In this document: piece after piece, positions 1 through 9,610 of the stretch
Layout of the letters: every line of letters starts with the position of its first letter
Position numbering within the stretch: position 1 is the stretch's first letter
Source: a virus
Reading direction: 5' to 3' (one strand)
Length of the DNA: 38,956 bases
IMG/VR virus record: IMGVR_UViG_3300045988_057840
Coordinates: 1 to 38,956 of that record
Program-made: the position numbers and the translations under genes
The notes under the pieces: model-generated
What the model saw: only the letters and a program-made list of their open reading frames with translations
Databases searched by the model: none
What the model was told of the DNA's origin: nothing

Positions 1-55
1 CAAGCCTTTAGGTGAATGCCTAAATAAAATTGAATATTGAGTTATGTAACATATA
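1..55. repeat. Terminal direct repeat, copy 1 (identical to 38902..38956)
   Basis: caagcctttaggtgaatgcctaaataaaattgaatattgagttatgtaacatata is read at both ends. It contains the last 40 nt of the ORF ending at 38941. Confidence 0.95.
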
Positions 56-67
56 GCATAGCATTTT

Positions 68-105
68 ATACGCCCTTTCATGTGTGATGATTGGGCGTAT
101 TTTTA
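68..105 (+). terminator. Intrinsic terminator downstream of the putative immunity ORF
   Basis: Stem ATACGCCC (68..75) pairs with GGGCGTAT (93..100). A T-run (tattttta) follows. Confidence 0.6.
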
Positions 106-169
106 TTGGTGTAATTAGGAGGAGTCCTATTACATATATTTTCACTCATGTTATTACGGAGGTTACAAC

Positions 170-784
170 ATGAACATCGCAGAAGTTTATCAAGCACTCG
201 AACAATTGGAGAACGGTCAAGAGCTTATCACAGCTATTAAGGGGGAGACGTCCCGTCTTAATAATGAGGCTAAGACAACACGTGAAAAGCTACAACAACA
301 AATCACGGAGTTAACAGGTGAACGTGATACGTTAACAACTCGTGTTACCGAACTAGAACAGTCGGCAGGGGCCAATACTGGATCTAATTCTCCTGAATAC
401 AAAACGCTTGAAAAGCAATTAAAGGCTATGAGCGAGAAGTTCGAACTTGCAGAAACTAAGGCAAAAGAGGCTGAGGCAAAACGCATTCAATCAGAAATTA
501 TGGCACAAACACTTGACGCCTTTACTAAGGCAAATGCGGTAGATCCGCAAGAGTTTGCAAGATTGGTTGCCAATGACATTAAAGTACAAGCCGATGGCAC
601 TTATGGTTACGAAAAAGAAGACGGCACAATTGGATCTATTCAAGATCGTACAACTGAATGGTTGCAAGGTAAAACATGGGCCGTTAAAGCTACTGGCAAT
701 GCAGGTAGTGGACAAGGTGGCAATAGTGGTAATGGCGATACTATAATGAATGAATTCGCTGCTGCAGCCGGTGTAAAACTTTAA
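170..784 (+). CDS. Head scaffolding protein (coiled-coil, Gly-rich C-terminus)
   Basis: GGAGG SD upstream. The 204-aa protein is rich in E/K/Q/L heptads. It sits directly upstream of the capsid gene and after the portal and MuF genes across the circular junction. Confidence 0.7.
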   Translation: MNIAEVYQALEQLENGQELITAIKGETSRLNNEAKTTREKLQQQITELTGERDTLTTRVTELEQSAGANTGSNSPEYKTLEKQLKAMSEKFELAETKAKEAEAKRIQSEIMAQTLDAFTKANAVDPQEFARLVANDIKVQADGTYGYEKEDGTIGSIQDRTTEWLQGKTWAVKATGNAGSGQGGNSGNGDTIMNEFAAAAGVKL

Positions 785-811
785 TTATTTAACTAATGGA
801 GGCTATACAAA

Positions 812-1732
812 ATGGCAATTAACACACTTCAATATTCTCAACAGTTCCAAACTGTACTTGACGCACAAATGTTAGCAGGTGCAACAACTGCTTTTATGGA
901 GGCTAATGCAGGCCAAGTCAAATATGACGGTGGCGATACTGTGCATATTCCTGAAATTAGCATGCAAGGTCTTGCGAAGTACGACCGTGATAATGGTTTT
1001 AATCAAGGTTCCGTTACTTTGAAATTCAACCCTTACAAAATGACTCAGGACCGTGGCCGTACATTCCAACTTGACGCAATGGACGTTAATGAAACTAACT
1101 TCGTTGCAACCGCTGGTACTGTAATGGGCGAATTCCAACGTACACAAGTTATTCCGGAAATTGACTCCTATCGTTATTCCAGAATTGCTGCGTTAGCAAC
1201 TGCAGCCAATAAAGTTACAGCTAACTTTACACCAACAGCAACAACAATCTTGGAAAAATTAGAGGAAGAAATTACAAATATTATTGATGTAGTAGGCGAA
1301 AACGAACCTCTAATTGTTGTAATGTCTACTAAATTACGTACTATGTTAAACAACTCCGATAAATTTAATAAATTCCTTGATGTTACTACATTCCAAAATG
1401 GTGCAGTAAATACGAATGTTAAATCTTTCAACGGTGTTCCTATCCTTACAGCTCCATCTGCATGCTTAAAAACACAATATGTATTTAACGATGGTACAAC
1501 TGCAAACCAACAAGCAGGTGGCTTTAAAGCCGATACAGGTGCAAAAGATATTAACTGGATCATTATGCCACAACGTGCACCTATCGCAGTATCTAAAACA
1601 GACAAAGTACGTGTGTTCACTCCAGATGTTAACCAAAAGGCAGACGCTTGGAAAATCGACTACCGCAAATATCATGATTTGTGGATTCCTAAAAATCGTT
1701 TTGCTGCAATTCGTGTTAATACTGGTGCGTAA
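812..1732 (+). CDS. Major capsid protein
   Basis: 306 aa with a GGAGG SD. Position between scaffold and head-tail genes. Strong T/A-ending codon use typical of a highly expressed late gene. Confidence 0.8.
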   Translation: MAINTLQYSQQFQTVLDAQMLAGATTAFMEANAGQVKYDGGDTVHIPEISMQGLAKYDRDNGFNQGSVTLKFNPYKMTQDRGRTFQLDAMDVNETNFVATAGTVMGEFQRTQVIPEIDSYRYSRIAALATAANKVTANFTPTATTILEKLEEEITNIIDVVGENEPLIVVMSTKLRTMLNNSDKFNKFLDVTTFQNGAVNTNVKSFNGVPILTAPSACLKTQYVFNDGTTANQQAGGFKADTGAKDINWIIMPQRAPIAVSKTDKVRVFTPDVNQKADAWKIDYRKYHDLWIPKNRFAAIRVNTGA

Positions 1733-1749
1733 TTAAGGGGTGTTTATAA

Positions 1750-1926
1750 ATGACAAGACTTGTACGATTGAATGAAGTTCAATACGTAGAAACAGATTAT
1801 GATATTGAACGTTTACAGTCCGAGGGCTTTGCAGTTGAGAAGTTGGAAGAAACAGAACCAACTGACGATACTGAGGACACAGACGAAAAGCCTAAACGTG
1901 GTGGCCGTAAGAAAGCTGAGGCGTAA
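1750..1926 (+). CDS. Small hypothetical protein (58 aa), acidic core with basic tail; not in the supplied ORF track
   Basis: ATG at 1750 follows aaggggtg. Hand translation: MTRLVRLNEVQYVETDYDIERLQSEGFAVEKLEETEPTDDTEDTDEKPKRGGRKKAEA. It fills the gap between the capsid gene and the next gene exactly. Confidence 0.55.
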   Translation: MTRLVRLNEVQYVETDYDIERLQSEGFAVEKLEETEPTDDTEDTDEKPKRGGRKKAEA

Positions 1927-1928
1927 TC

Positions 1929-2405
1929 ATGTTACCAGCTGAGGTGTTCGAAAGACGGTTGAGACAGGCCGTTAAATCGAGCACCTTTATGGTGCAAGAT
2001 GAGGCACAAGCAAGACATAACTTTATATCTAGGACAGCTCAATTAGAACGTGCTATTGATACACGGTTCGACTTTGATAATGGCAATAATATTGGGGTTG
2101 TATATCTTGACGATAAGGCTGTACCTTATGGGGCGTTTGTCCATGAGGGTACACGACCTCATATTATTCGTCCTAAGACAAAAAGCGTTTTGCGATGGGC
2201 ACCTATGGCCGGTAATGGTTTTATATTTTCTAAAGAGGTTCACCATCCAGGAACTAAATCTAATCCATTCCTATATGACGCTATTAATCGTAAGCGTGGC
2301 GATGTATATGCTACATTCGCAAAGGCTACGAATATGGCACTTGAAGATATAAGCGGCAGCGATTGGCTTGGAAAGGCAGACCATGAAATTAGAATTCGAT
2401 TATAG
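1929..2405 (+). CDS. HK97 gp10-family head-tail joining protein
   Basis: Motifs GTRPHIIRPK...LRW and HPGTKSNPF are characteristic of the HK97 gp10 family. Position after the capsid gene. Confidence 0.7.
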   Translation: MLPAEVFERRLRQAVKSSTFMVQDEAQARHNFISRTAQLERAIDTRFDFDNGNNIGVVYLDDKAVPYGAFVHEGTRPHIIRPKTKSVLRWAPMAGNGFIFSKEVHHPGTKSNPFLYDAINRKRGDVYATFAKATNMALEDISGSDWLGKADHEIRIRL

Positions 2406-2413
2406 GGGGCTCA

Positions 2414-2794
2414 ATGTTATACGACTACACGGAAATGCAGTTCACCGATGAGCTATTAGGCAAAGAGGTACTGCCACAACATGTCGAACGTGCTGAGCAA
2501 GGTTTATACGCATTCGCTAAACGGTTAGGGGTTCCACAGAATGATGTTATTAGGGGCTATCTAGCAGACGAACTAGTACAACTATATACATATCGTTTCG
2601 TATGCTTTGACAAGGCTTATGCGTTGCCGGGTGCTTATACTATGGACGGTTCGACTGATGATTTCTACAGTAAGAAATTACTGTATCTCGATGAACGCAT
2701 TAAAATTTTAGAAAAGCAGATAACTCCGGAAGATTTAACAGGCGATGCGAAGAAATATGCTCGTTATCGTACCGTTGAAATATACAGGGGGTAG
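2414..2794 (+). CDS. Head-tail connector/adaptor candidate (hypothetical)
   Basis: AGGGGG SD. 126 aa. Assigned by position in the neck module only. Confidence 0.45.
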   Translation: MLYDYTEMQFTDELLGKEVLPQHVERAEQGLYAFAKRLGVPQNDVIRGYLADELVQLYTYRFVCFDKAYALPGAYTMDGSTDDFYSKKLLYLDERIKILEKQITPEDLTGDAKKYARYRTVEIYRG

Positions 2795-2795
2795 T

Positions 2796-3272
2796 ATGTG
2801 GCTAGAATTAATGCAACATATTAAATCTACTATCGAGAATAGCGGTGCTGCATTTAATGTCATGCTAGGTGCTATGCGACCACAGGCAGCAAAGATTGAC
2901 GAGAATGGCGTTATTATGGTTATTCGTGGGGAAACTACGAGGGGAGATAACTCCGTTCAATCTGAATTGCAACAAGAACTTTATATCGAGGTTTGGGGAC
3001 GCAATGACAACCCTGACTTGGAAGTCGGATACGAAGTTATTGCTAATTTCGAGGAAAAGTTCGAGGCAATCATTAATGATCTACGCAAACGATGTGGTGA
3101 ATTAGACGAAAAGGCATGCATATTGCAGTCTAATGGCTATCAGATTATAGATTTGGTATGTACAAATAAAACTGGCGACCATGACAGTGTACGTCCTTTA
3201 ATAGGTACGCAATATCGCTTTATGGTTCGCCTTATTGATTTAAAAGAAGAAACTAACGGAGGTATTTTCTAA
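2796..3272 (+). CDS. Neck / tail-terminator candidate (hypothetical)
   Basis: ATG at 2796 lies 1 nt after the upstream stop and follows CAGGGGG. I preferred it to the 2745 alternative start. The stop overlaps the next ATG (TAATG). Confidence 0.45.
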   Translation: MWLELMQHIKSTIENSGAAFNVMLGAMRPQAAKIDENGVIMVIRGETTRGDNSVQSELQQELYIEVWGRNDNPDLEVGYEVIANFEEKFEAIINDLRKRCGELDEKACILQSNGYQIIDLVCTNKTGDHDSVRPLIGTQYRFMVRLIDLKEETNGGIF

Positions 3273-3751
3273 TGACACCAGCAGCACCATCTGCAACACC
3301 TAAAAAATTATACAAACCGGCTCAAACTGCAATGCCTACAGCCGGCAAGAATTATCTCATTTATTTGAATGTAGGCACTGACGAAACAACAGGCGCTGAT
3401 TGGCTTTTATTAGGTGGTCAACGTTCTGGTGATGTATCTCGTAAAGCAGATAGCATCGACGCGTCTCATAAAGGCACTAATGGTTGGAAGTCTACCATCC
3501 CAGGTCTTAAAGAATGGTCCATCGACCTTGAGACATTGCTCATGCCTAACGAAGAATCATTGCAGTTGTTAGAAAAAGCATTCTTGAATGATGATCTTAT
3601 CAACATCAAGATTGAATATCCTAATAAAGCCTACATGACAGGTATTTGCTCCATTACAGAATTGTCTATGAACACACCACATGACGATGTGGCAACGTAT
3701 AAAGGTAGTTTAAATGGCGTAGGTGCATTGTCTGAATTGAAACAACCATAA
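3272..3751 (+). CDS. Major tail (tube) protein
   Basis: 159 aa, directly upstream of the chaperone pair and the tape measure. Resembles the TP901-1/phi13-type major tail family (YLIYLNVG...LLGGQRS...S). Confidence 0.75.
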   Translation: MTPAAPSATPKKLYKPAQTAMPTAGKNYLIYLNVGTDETTGADWLLLGGQRSGDVSRKADSIDASHKGTNGWKSTIPGLKEWSIDLETLLMPNEESLQLLEKAFLNDDLINIKIEYPNKAYMTGICSITELSMNTPHDDVATYKGSLNGVGALSELKQP

Positions 3752-3780
3752 TTTATATTTGATATAAGGAGTGCACACTT

Positions 3781-4170
3781 ATGAAAAAAATTACATGTGA
3801 TGTATTTAATACTGGCGAAACAATTTATTTTACGATTGGTCGAATTGCTGAACTTGAACAGCTATGGGGTGAACCTATTTTTAAGGCGGTTCAAGCTGGT
3901 GCTATGACATTCAATCAATTAATTACGGCATTTGTTGTAGGAATGAAACATGAGGGCCGTAAACGCGATTACATTTATTATCAAGAAAAACTTCAACAAT
4001 TATTTGATGAAGGTTCGGTTCAATATGCAGACCTCGTGCAATTGATTGTTAAAGCATTAATCGGTAGTGGTGTATTTGGCAAAAAAGCATATTATGCTTC
4101 ATTCCCAGAAGAGGCTGACGAAAAAGCACAATCTGAGGTAGAAGCAGAGGAAGCAGAAGCAAAAAACTAG
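3781..4170 (+). CDS. Tail assembly chaperone, gpG-like (zero-frame product)
   Basis: 129 aa with an acidic C-terminus. Lies between the major tail protein and the tape measure. Ends in the slippery site A_AAA_AAC followed by TAG. Confidence 0.75.
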   Translation: MKKITCDVFNTGETIYFTIGRIAELEQLWGEPIFKAVQAGAMTFNQLITAFVVGMKHEGRKRDYIYYQEKLQQLFDEGSVQYADLVQLIVKALIGSGVFGKKAYYASFPEEADEKAQSEVEAEEAEAKN

Positions 4171-4502
4171 AAGGGGGCTATACAGCCCCCTCTTTTAATT
4201 TATGGATAACAAAGGCCGAGCGTATGGCGTATGGTCCACTCAATTTGAAGCCTTGGGAGTTTATGAAACTAAGCCCTATGGAATATTACAAACTGGTGGA
4301 AGGGTACGAATTGCGAATGGAGATTGAGGACCGTAGACAGGCTTATTTTACATGCATAATGACAAACGTTCATATTGCTGGCAATAAGCGATTAAAAGTT
4401 GAGGACATCATGAAGCAATTACACCCTATGACGTTGGCGCAACGCAAAACAGAGGAAAAGTTATTCATGGAAGAATTCAGACAGGCGGGAGGTGAGATAT
4501 AA
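3781..4502 (+). CDS. Tail assembly chaperone GT-like fusion made by a -1 programmed frameshift at 4161..4167 (about 240 aa)
   Basis: The -1 frame is open from 4137 through 4502. The listed ORF 4224..4502 lies in that frame and has only a weak SD. Confidence 0.65.
4161..4190 (+). promoter_or_regulatory. -1 ribosomal frameshift signal: slippery heptamer plus stem-loop
   Basis: A_AAA_AAC (4161..4167) is in the correct phase. A 5-nt spacer is followed by the hairpin GGGGGCT-ATAC-AGCCCCC (4173..4190). Confidence 0.65.
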
Positions 4503-4506
4503 GAAA

Positions 4507-7500
4507 ATGGCAGATTCACAAATCAATGTTCGCATAGTTGGTTCATCTAGTGGTGCGGAACAAGCACTTGATAGGGTGGCTAAGAAAGCGGAAAATGCAC
4601 TAGGAAAAGACGTTACTGCTTCAATGGAGGCTGTTAAAAGCAAAGCGCAGAAGATCTTCGGTATAGAAATTCCTAGTATCATGAACGCTGCCAAAAGTGG
4701 CGCTGCATTTGGTGCTGCGGCAATAGGTATTGAAGCTGCAGGACGAGCCATGAAAGATATGGCAGTTAGTGCTGTTCAAACTACCGACCAACTTACACAG
4801 ATTAGGGCACGTATCAATCTAATTAATGACGGCAGTCAGTCTACTGCTGAAATTATGGACAAGATTTATAGCGCAGCTAACCGTTCTCGTGGTAGCTATT
4901 TAGATATGGCCGACAGTGTGGCTAAGTTGAACATGCTTGCAAAAGACGCTTTTTCATCTAATGACGAAGCAATCTATTTTGTTGAACAGTTGAATAAACA
5001 GTTCAAGATCTCCGGTGCTAGCGTTGAAGAAACAACATCAGCTATGTACCAGTTAACGCAAGCAATGGCAGCTGGTAAGCTACAAGGGGACGAATTCCAC
5101 TCAATTATGGAAAACGCTCCGATGTTGGCACAATCTATTGCCAGTGAAATGGGCTTGACTGTAGGTCAATTGAAGGAAATGAGTTCGCAAGGGCTCATTA
5201 CTGCTGACATTATCAAGGAAGCCCTATTCAATAGTGCAGAAGAAACAAACGCTAAGTTTGCAGAAATTCCTATGACGTTCCAAGACATAGGAACGCAAGT
5301 TCAGAACGAATTAATAGCTGCATTTCAACCAGCTATGGAAGAAATAAGCAACATGACAAGTTCGGGTGTATTAAACGATGCACTTGCTGGGTTGTCTATT
5401 GCCTTTCGTTTGGTTGGCACTGCTGCACAAGCAGCCATTATTACTGTAAGGGGTGCATTTAGTGCGTTATCAGTTGTAATTGGTACAGCTAAGAATATTG
5501 TTACGAGCTTTGCGAACCTGTTTAGAACAGCCATGCCAGGAGTTGCTACTGCTATTGTAGGTGTTACAACTGCATTTATTACTTATAAAGCGACAGTCGC
5601 ATTATGTAGCGCTCAAACTGCTGCATTGACTGTAAAAACTGTAGCATTAAAAACTGCACAAGTCGCCTCTGCGATTGCAACTAGGTCTTATGCGTTAGCA
5701 ATGACTGTTGTTAAAGTGGCAATTCAAGGCACTATCTTATCAATAGGCGCATTGACTTTGGGGACAACTGTCCTCAAATCATTATTTCTAGCATTAAGAA
5801 GTAGTACATTAGCTGCGGCTACTGCTCAGCGTGTATTAAATGTTGTAATGAAGGCGAACCCAGTCGGAATATTAATATCCGTTATAATGACTTTGGTCGG
5901 CGTGTTTGCGACTGCATCTGCTGCGTCTAATGGTTTCGGTAATACGTTAAGTTCGGTATTTTCAACTATTGTGCATACCGCTGTTTGGGGTGTGAATAAA
6001 ATTATCGAAGGGCTTAACTGGTTAATTGCAAAACTCAACAGTGTAGGTGATAAAGTCGCAAAATTCTTTGGCACATCTTTTACCGCTATTCAACAAGTTG
6101 ATACAATCAGTGCTGAAACGGCACAAGATATTGTAAATACTGGCGTTAATATGGCTTCACAAATAACACAAGGGTTATCCGGTGGCGGTGATACAGGCCT
6201 AGACGTTGGCGGTGGTGGCGTAGATGATGGCGGTTCCGCTGGTACCGGTAAAGGTGGAAAAGGTGGCGGAGGTGGTAAAGGCCACTCCGGAAAGGATCTT
6301 GCAAAAGAGGCCAAAGAGGTCCACGAAAAAATCTTGCAATCGTTCTTGGAAATGCAAGGCAATCAAGTCGAACTAATCGAATTGCAATACAAAAAGGAAC
6401 TCGATGAGCTCAATAAATCAAAGAGTGCTAACGTTAATTATCAAGAAGATTTAAAGAACCTTAACGATGTTTATGCGGATAAACGTATCAAGGCTAAGCA
6501 AGAGGAATTTACAAAACTTCGAGCTATTGAAACTGGTATTCGTGATATGCAACAAGATTTTGCATTTAAAACTTCAAGTAAAGATAGTACAGGCAGTGTA
6601 TCTCCTGCCGTGCAGTTGGCAACAGATTATGCCAACGCCATTGACGAAATCGAGGACCGTTATGCAGAAATGGTCGATAAGTTCATGAAAATGGACAAAA
6701 TGGAGCAACAACATCATATTGATCTGTTAAAACAACGAGGTGTTGAATTCGAAATGAGTGCTGACGGACAAATTTCCTACGAGAAAATGAAAAATGAGGA
6801 GTTGTTAGCGGCACAAGATGAGTACGCTAAAAAGGCATTACAACAACGTACCGAGCTAGTTAACGAGAAGTATGCTATTGAAGAGGCTATGCGTACTCAG
6901 AACTTCGAAGCGTTACAAGCTGCGTTAAGCGATGAATATATAGCTGAGCAACAGCATTATGACTTGAAGAAACAGCTACTTGAAGAATGGAAACAGGCTG
7001 TATTCGATGCTCATTGGAATGGACAACAAGTTCTGTTCGATGCTGCACAAGCAGGGTTAGACAGCTTGCAAGGTTCTATCTCAGGACTTATTCAAGGTAC
7101 AACAACACTTATGCAAACATTCCAAAATCTTGGTAAAGCTATCCTCAAAACTATTGCTGATAGTGTGGCTCAATGGATAGCCGGTCAAATTAAGCAAGCC
7201 GTTTTTGGGAAAATGATGGCAGCTCAACAGGCTGCAACTGGTACTGCTGCGGCTAATGCTCAATATCCGGCATGGTCTGCGTTAGCTCAACAAGTTAGTA
7301 TGGCAACATTTGGTGCCAGTGCTATCGCTGGTATGGCTGCATGGAGTGCTAACACGGCAGCTGGTGCAGCTCAAACAGCTACACAAAGTGCATTCTCCGG
7401 TATGTTCAACTCCGGCTCAAGTGGATTTAGTAGCAATCTATCGTTACCTAAATTGGCAAGCGGTGGTGTGGCTTATGGCTCGACATATGCTGAAATTGGC

Positions 7501-7731
7501 GAAGGTAAGTATAAAGAAGCTGTATTACCTTTGAGCGAAAGTACATACGATGAAATTGGTGGCGGTATAGCTCGTGCCAATGGTGGCGGTGCTGGTAGTA
7601 TTACGTTTAACGTATCTGCTATGGACGCTCAATCGTTTGGAACATGGCTCGAAAACTCAGCAGGACGCTCGCTAAGACAGTTTTTAGTTAACCAGGATAG
7701 GGAATTTATAGCAACGGAGGGGACGTGGTAG
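4507..7731 (+). CDS. Tape measure protein
   Basis: About 1074 aa from the ATG at 4507 (GGAGGTGAG SD). It has a central block of hydrophobic helices, a Gly-rich stretch (GGGDTGLDVGGGGVDDGG...GKGGGGGKG) and long coiled coils. Confidence 0.9.
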   Translation: MADSQINVRIVGSSSGAEQALDRVAKKAENALGKDVTASMEAVKSKAQKIFGIEIPSIMNAAKSGAAFGAAAIGIEAAGRAMKDMAVSAVQTTDQLTQIRARINLINDGSQSTAEIMDKIYSAANRSRGSYLDMADSVAKLNMLAKDAFSSNDEAIYFVEQLNKQFKISGASVEETTSAMYQLTQAMAAGKLQGDEFHSIMENAPMLAQSIASEMGLTVGQLKEMSSQGLITADIIKEALFNSAEETNAKFAEIPMTFQDIGTQVQNELIAAFQPAMEEISNMTSSGVLNDALAGLSIAFRLVGTAAQAAIITVRGAFSALSVVIGTAKNIVTSFANLFRTAMPGVATAIVGVTTAFITYKATVALCSAQTAALTVKTVALKTAQVASAIATRSYALAMTVVKVAIQGTILSIGALTLGTTVLKSLFLALRSSTLAAATAQRVLNVVMKANPVGILISVIMTLVGVFATASAASNGFGNTLSSVFSTIVHTAVWGVNKIIEGLNWLIAKLNSVGDKVAKFFGTSFTAIQQVDTISAETAQDIVNTGVNMASQITQGLSGGGDTGLDVGGGGVDDGGSAGTGKGGKGGGGGKGHSGKDLAKEAKEVHEKILQSFLEMQGNQVELIELQYKKELDELNKSKSANVNYQEDLKNLNDVYADKRIKAKQEEFTKLRAIETGIRDMQQDFAFKTSSKDSTGSVSPAVQLATDYANAIDEIEDRYAEMVDKFMKMDKMEQQHHIDLLKQRGVEFEMSADGQISYEKMKNEELLAAQDEYAKKALQQRTELVNEKYAIEEAMRTQNFEALQAALSDEYIAEQQHYDLKKQLLEEWKQAVFDAHWNGQQVLFDAAQAGLDSLQGSISGLIQGTTTLMQTFQNLGKAILKTIADSVAQWIAGQIKQAVFGKMMAAQQAATGTAAANAQYPAWSALAQQVSMATFGASAIAGMAAWSANTAAGAAQTATQSAFSGMFNSGSSGFSSNLSLPKLASGGVAYGSTYAEIGEGKYKEAVLPLSESTYDEIGGGIARANGGGAGSITFNVSAMDAQSFGTWLENSAGRSLRQFLVNQDREFIATEGTW

Positions 7732-7732
7732 C

Positions 7733-8299
7733 ATGGCAGATTTAATTAAATTTCCGGATATCAAATCCCTTGCGTGGAAGTCTACGAAGGCTCAAAAATG
7801 GGATACTAAAATAAAGCGTACTGGGAGCGGTCGGGTGCGTACCATGACAACGTGGCAGTATCCGCAATATACAATTACTACTGAATTTGCAATATTAACT
7901 CCAGAGGAGCATAAGCAAATCATGGGGTTCTATGCAAAAGTAAAAGGCGGTACAGTTCCTTTTCTTTGGTTGGATCCAGAAGATTTTGAGGAAAAGGGCA
8001 TTCGTTTAGGTACTGGAGCTCAATCTGAATGGCAAGCAGTTCGTTTGTATGGTGATTTTAGGGAACCGGTAGCACATATCGAAAACCTAAAATTATATGC
8101 TAATGGGACACCGATTAATGCTGTATCTGATAAGGGCGTAATTCGGTTAGCACAAGGGGTGACAGTAGCACCTACTGCTATTATTACAGCTGATTACACA
8201 TATTATTGGAAGGTAATGTTCAGCGGTGATTATACGGACGAAATTATTTATAAAGACATATTCAAGTCTAAGTCTTTTAAATTGGTAACAGTGAGGTGA
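7733..8299 (+). CDS. Minor/distal tail protein, lambda gpM / GTA g12 (DUF2460)-like
   Basis: First gene after the tape measure. 188 aa with the pattern F..K.KGG..PF.WLDPED. Confidence 0.6.
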   Translation: MADLIKFPDIKSLAWKSTKAQKWDTKIKRTGSGRVRTMTTWQYPQYTITTEFAILTPEEHKQIMGFYAKVKGGTVPFLWLDPEDFEEKGIRLGTGAQSEWQAVRLYGDFREPVAHIENLKLYANGTPINAVSDKGVIRLAQGVTVAPTAIITADYTYYWKVMFSGDYTDEIIYKDIFKSKSFKLVTVR

Positions 8300-8303
8300 G
8301 TAA

Positions 8304-9155
8304 ATGAAGGAAGTCGGACAGATTTTAAGCAATCATTTAAGCACATCTCAATCATTCTTGTCATGTGATTTGTACGAGTTAAAACTAAAAAGCGGTATCA
8401 GCTATTACTGGGCCGATACCGATGCAGATGTTAATTATGGGGGCCACACTTATAAAGGTGATGGCCCTATTATTACGCGTGAAAAAATATCAACAAACAG
8501 TACTGTTAGCGTGGATAAATTAAGCGTAACTATTACCGCAAATCAAAATGACATGATAGGTGGTGTTCCTGTATTGGAAGTCGCTCATAATGGTGGGTTA
8601 GACGGCGCAACGCTTGATCTTCGCCGTGCATTTTTTGACGATGCTGGCAAGGTGATTGAGTGCATTGACCTATTCCATGGAATTTGCGAAGTAACACAGG
8701 GCGGTGGCTTTATATTGAAGATTAGTGCAAAGTCAGTTGTACAAAAGCTCAATATCGAATATCCAAACCGAAGATATTATCCTCAATGCCCTTATAGTAT
8801 TTACTCGAAGGAGTGCGGTGTCGATATTAAGGCTTATCGCAAGAAAGCAAAAGTAACGGCTGTTACTGGTACGAATACTGTACAAATCGATATACCGTTT
8901 GAGGACGGCTATTATACAGCCGGTGGTATGGAATGGATAAGCGGACCATTAGCAGGGCAAGCAACGCAAATTATGGACAGTAAAAATAGCACTATTATTT
9001 ATATGAGTGCGACTAACACATCACCTCGTGTTGGTGATGTAGCCTATATCTATCCAGGGTGCGACAAAACACCGACTACTTGTAAGAATAAATTCAATAA
9101 TTTTAGTCGGAATAGGGCGACACCTTATGTTCCTTTAAAGGAGACGATACGATGA
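8304..9155 (+). CDS. Minor tail protein, lambda gpL / DUF2163-BR0599-like, with a four-Cys cluster
   Basis: Cys162, Cys171, Cys253 and Cys260 (QCPYSIYSKEC ... PGCDKTPTTC) match the Fe-S-binding C-terminal domain known for gpL-type proteins. Confidence 0.7.
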   Translation: MKEVGQILSNHLSTSQSFLSCDLYELKLKSGISYYWADTDADVNYGGHTYKGDGPIITREKISTNSTVSVDKLSVTITANQNDMIGGVPVLEVAHNGGLDGATLDLRRAFFDDAGKVIECIDLFHGICEVTQGGGFILKISAKSVVQKLNIEYPNRRYYPQCPYSIYSKECGVDIKAYRKKAKVTAVTGTNTVQIDIPFEDGYYTAGGMEWISGPLAGQATQIMDSKNSTIIYMSATNTSPRVGDVAYIYPGCDKTPTTCKNKFNNFSRNRATPYVPLKETIR

Positions 9156-9610
9156 AATTAACAACAGGTGAACGTATAGCAAATGCTGCATGTGAATGGC
9201 TAGGCACTCCGTATCAAAATAATGCTATGGTGAAAGGTAAAGGGGTAGACTGCTCATATTTATTGGTGGCTGCAGTGGTTGATAGTGGCCTAATGAATAT
9301 TGCAGATTTCAATATCGAAAACTATTCCAATGAATGGCATTTACATCGTTCTGAAGAAAAGTACCTGAAATATGTCAAACAAGTAGCAGACGAGGTGCCA
9401 TTTGATGATCTTCGTATCGGTGATTTCTTACTATACCAATATGGACGTTGCATTTCTCACGGTGCCATTTACATTGGTAACAATTTAGTAATTCATGCGT
9501 TCGTTGACTTGGGCGTTATTCTTTCATCGATTGATGATGTATTATTTTATGACGCAAAAGGAAAAAGTCGCTTGCGTGCTGTATATCGTTTCAGGAAAGG
9601 TGGTAAATAA
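9152..9610 (+). CDS. NlpC/P60-family tail peptidase, gpK / GTA g14-like
   Basis: Catalytic-type motifs GKGVDCSYL (Cys) and ISHGAIYIG / VIHA (His). ATGA overlap with the upstream gene. Confidence 0.8.
   Translation: MKLTTGERIANAACEWLGTPYQNNAMVKGKGVDCSYLLVAAVVDSGLMNIADFNIENYSNEWHLHRSEEKYLKYVKQVADEVPFDDLRIGDFLLYQYGRCISHGAIYIGNNLVIHAFVDLGVILSSIDDVLFYDAKGKSRLRAVYRFRKGGK

Noticed and set aside
4078-4087. GGC AAA AAA G run inside the chaperone gene as a possible slippery site
   Set aside because: The heptamer phase is imperfect (C AAA AAA). Both shifted frames hit stop codons within about 10-20 codons, so no extended product is possible.
4173-4200. Hairpin plus T-rich run after the gpG-like stop, which looks like an intrinsic terminator
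   Set aside because: It lies in the middle of the tail operon, 5 nt after an in-phase A_AAA_AAC heptamer. The -1 frame is open through it. It is better explained as a frameshift stimulator, although some termination cannot be excluded.
6090-6362. Pro-rich 90-aa ORF on the - strand inside the tape measure gene
   Set aside because: It is the antisense reading of the Gly-rich (GGN repeat) stretch of the tape measure. It is a compositional artefact.
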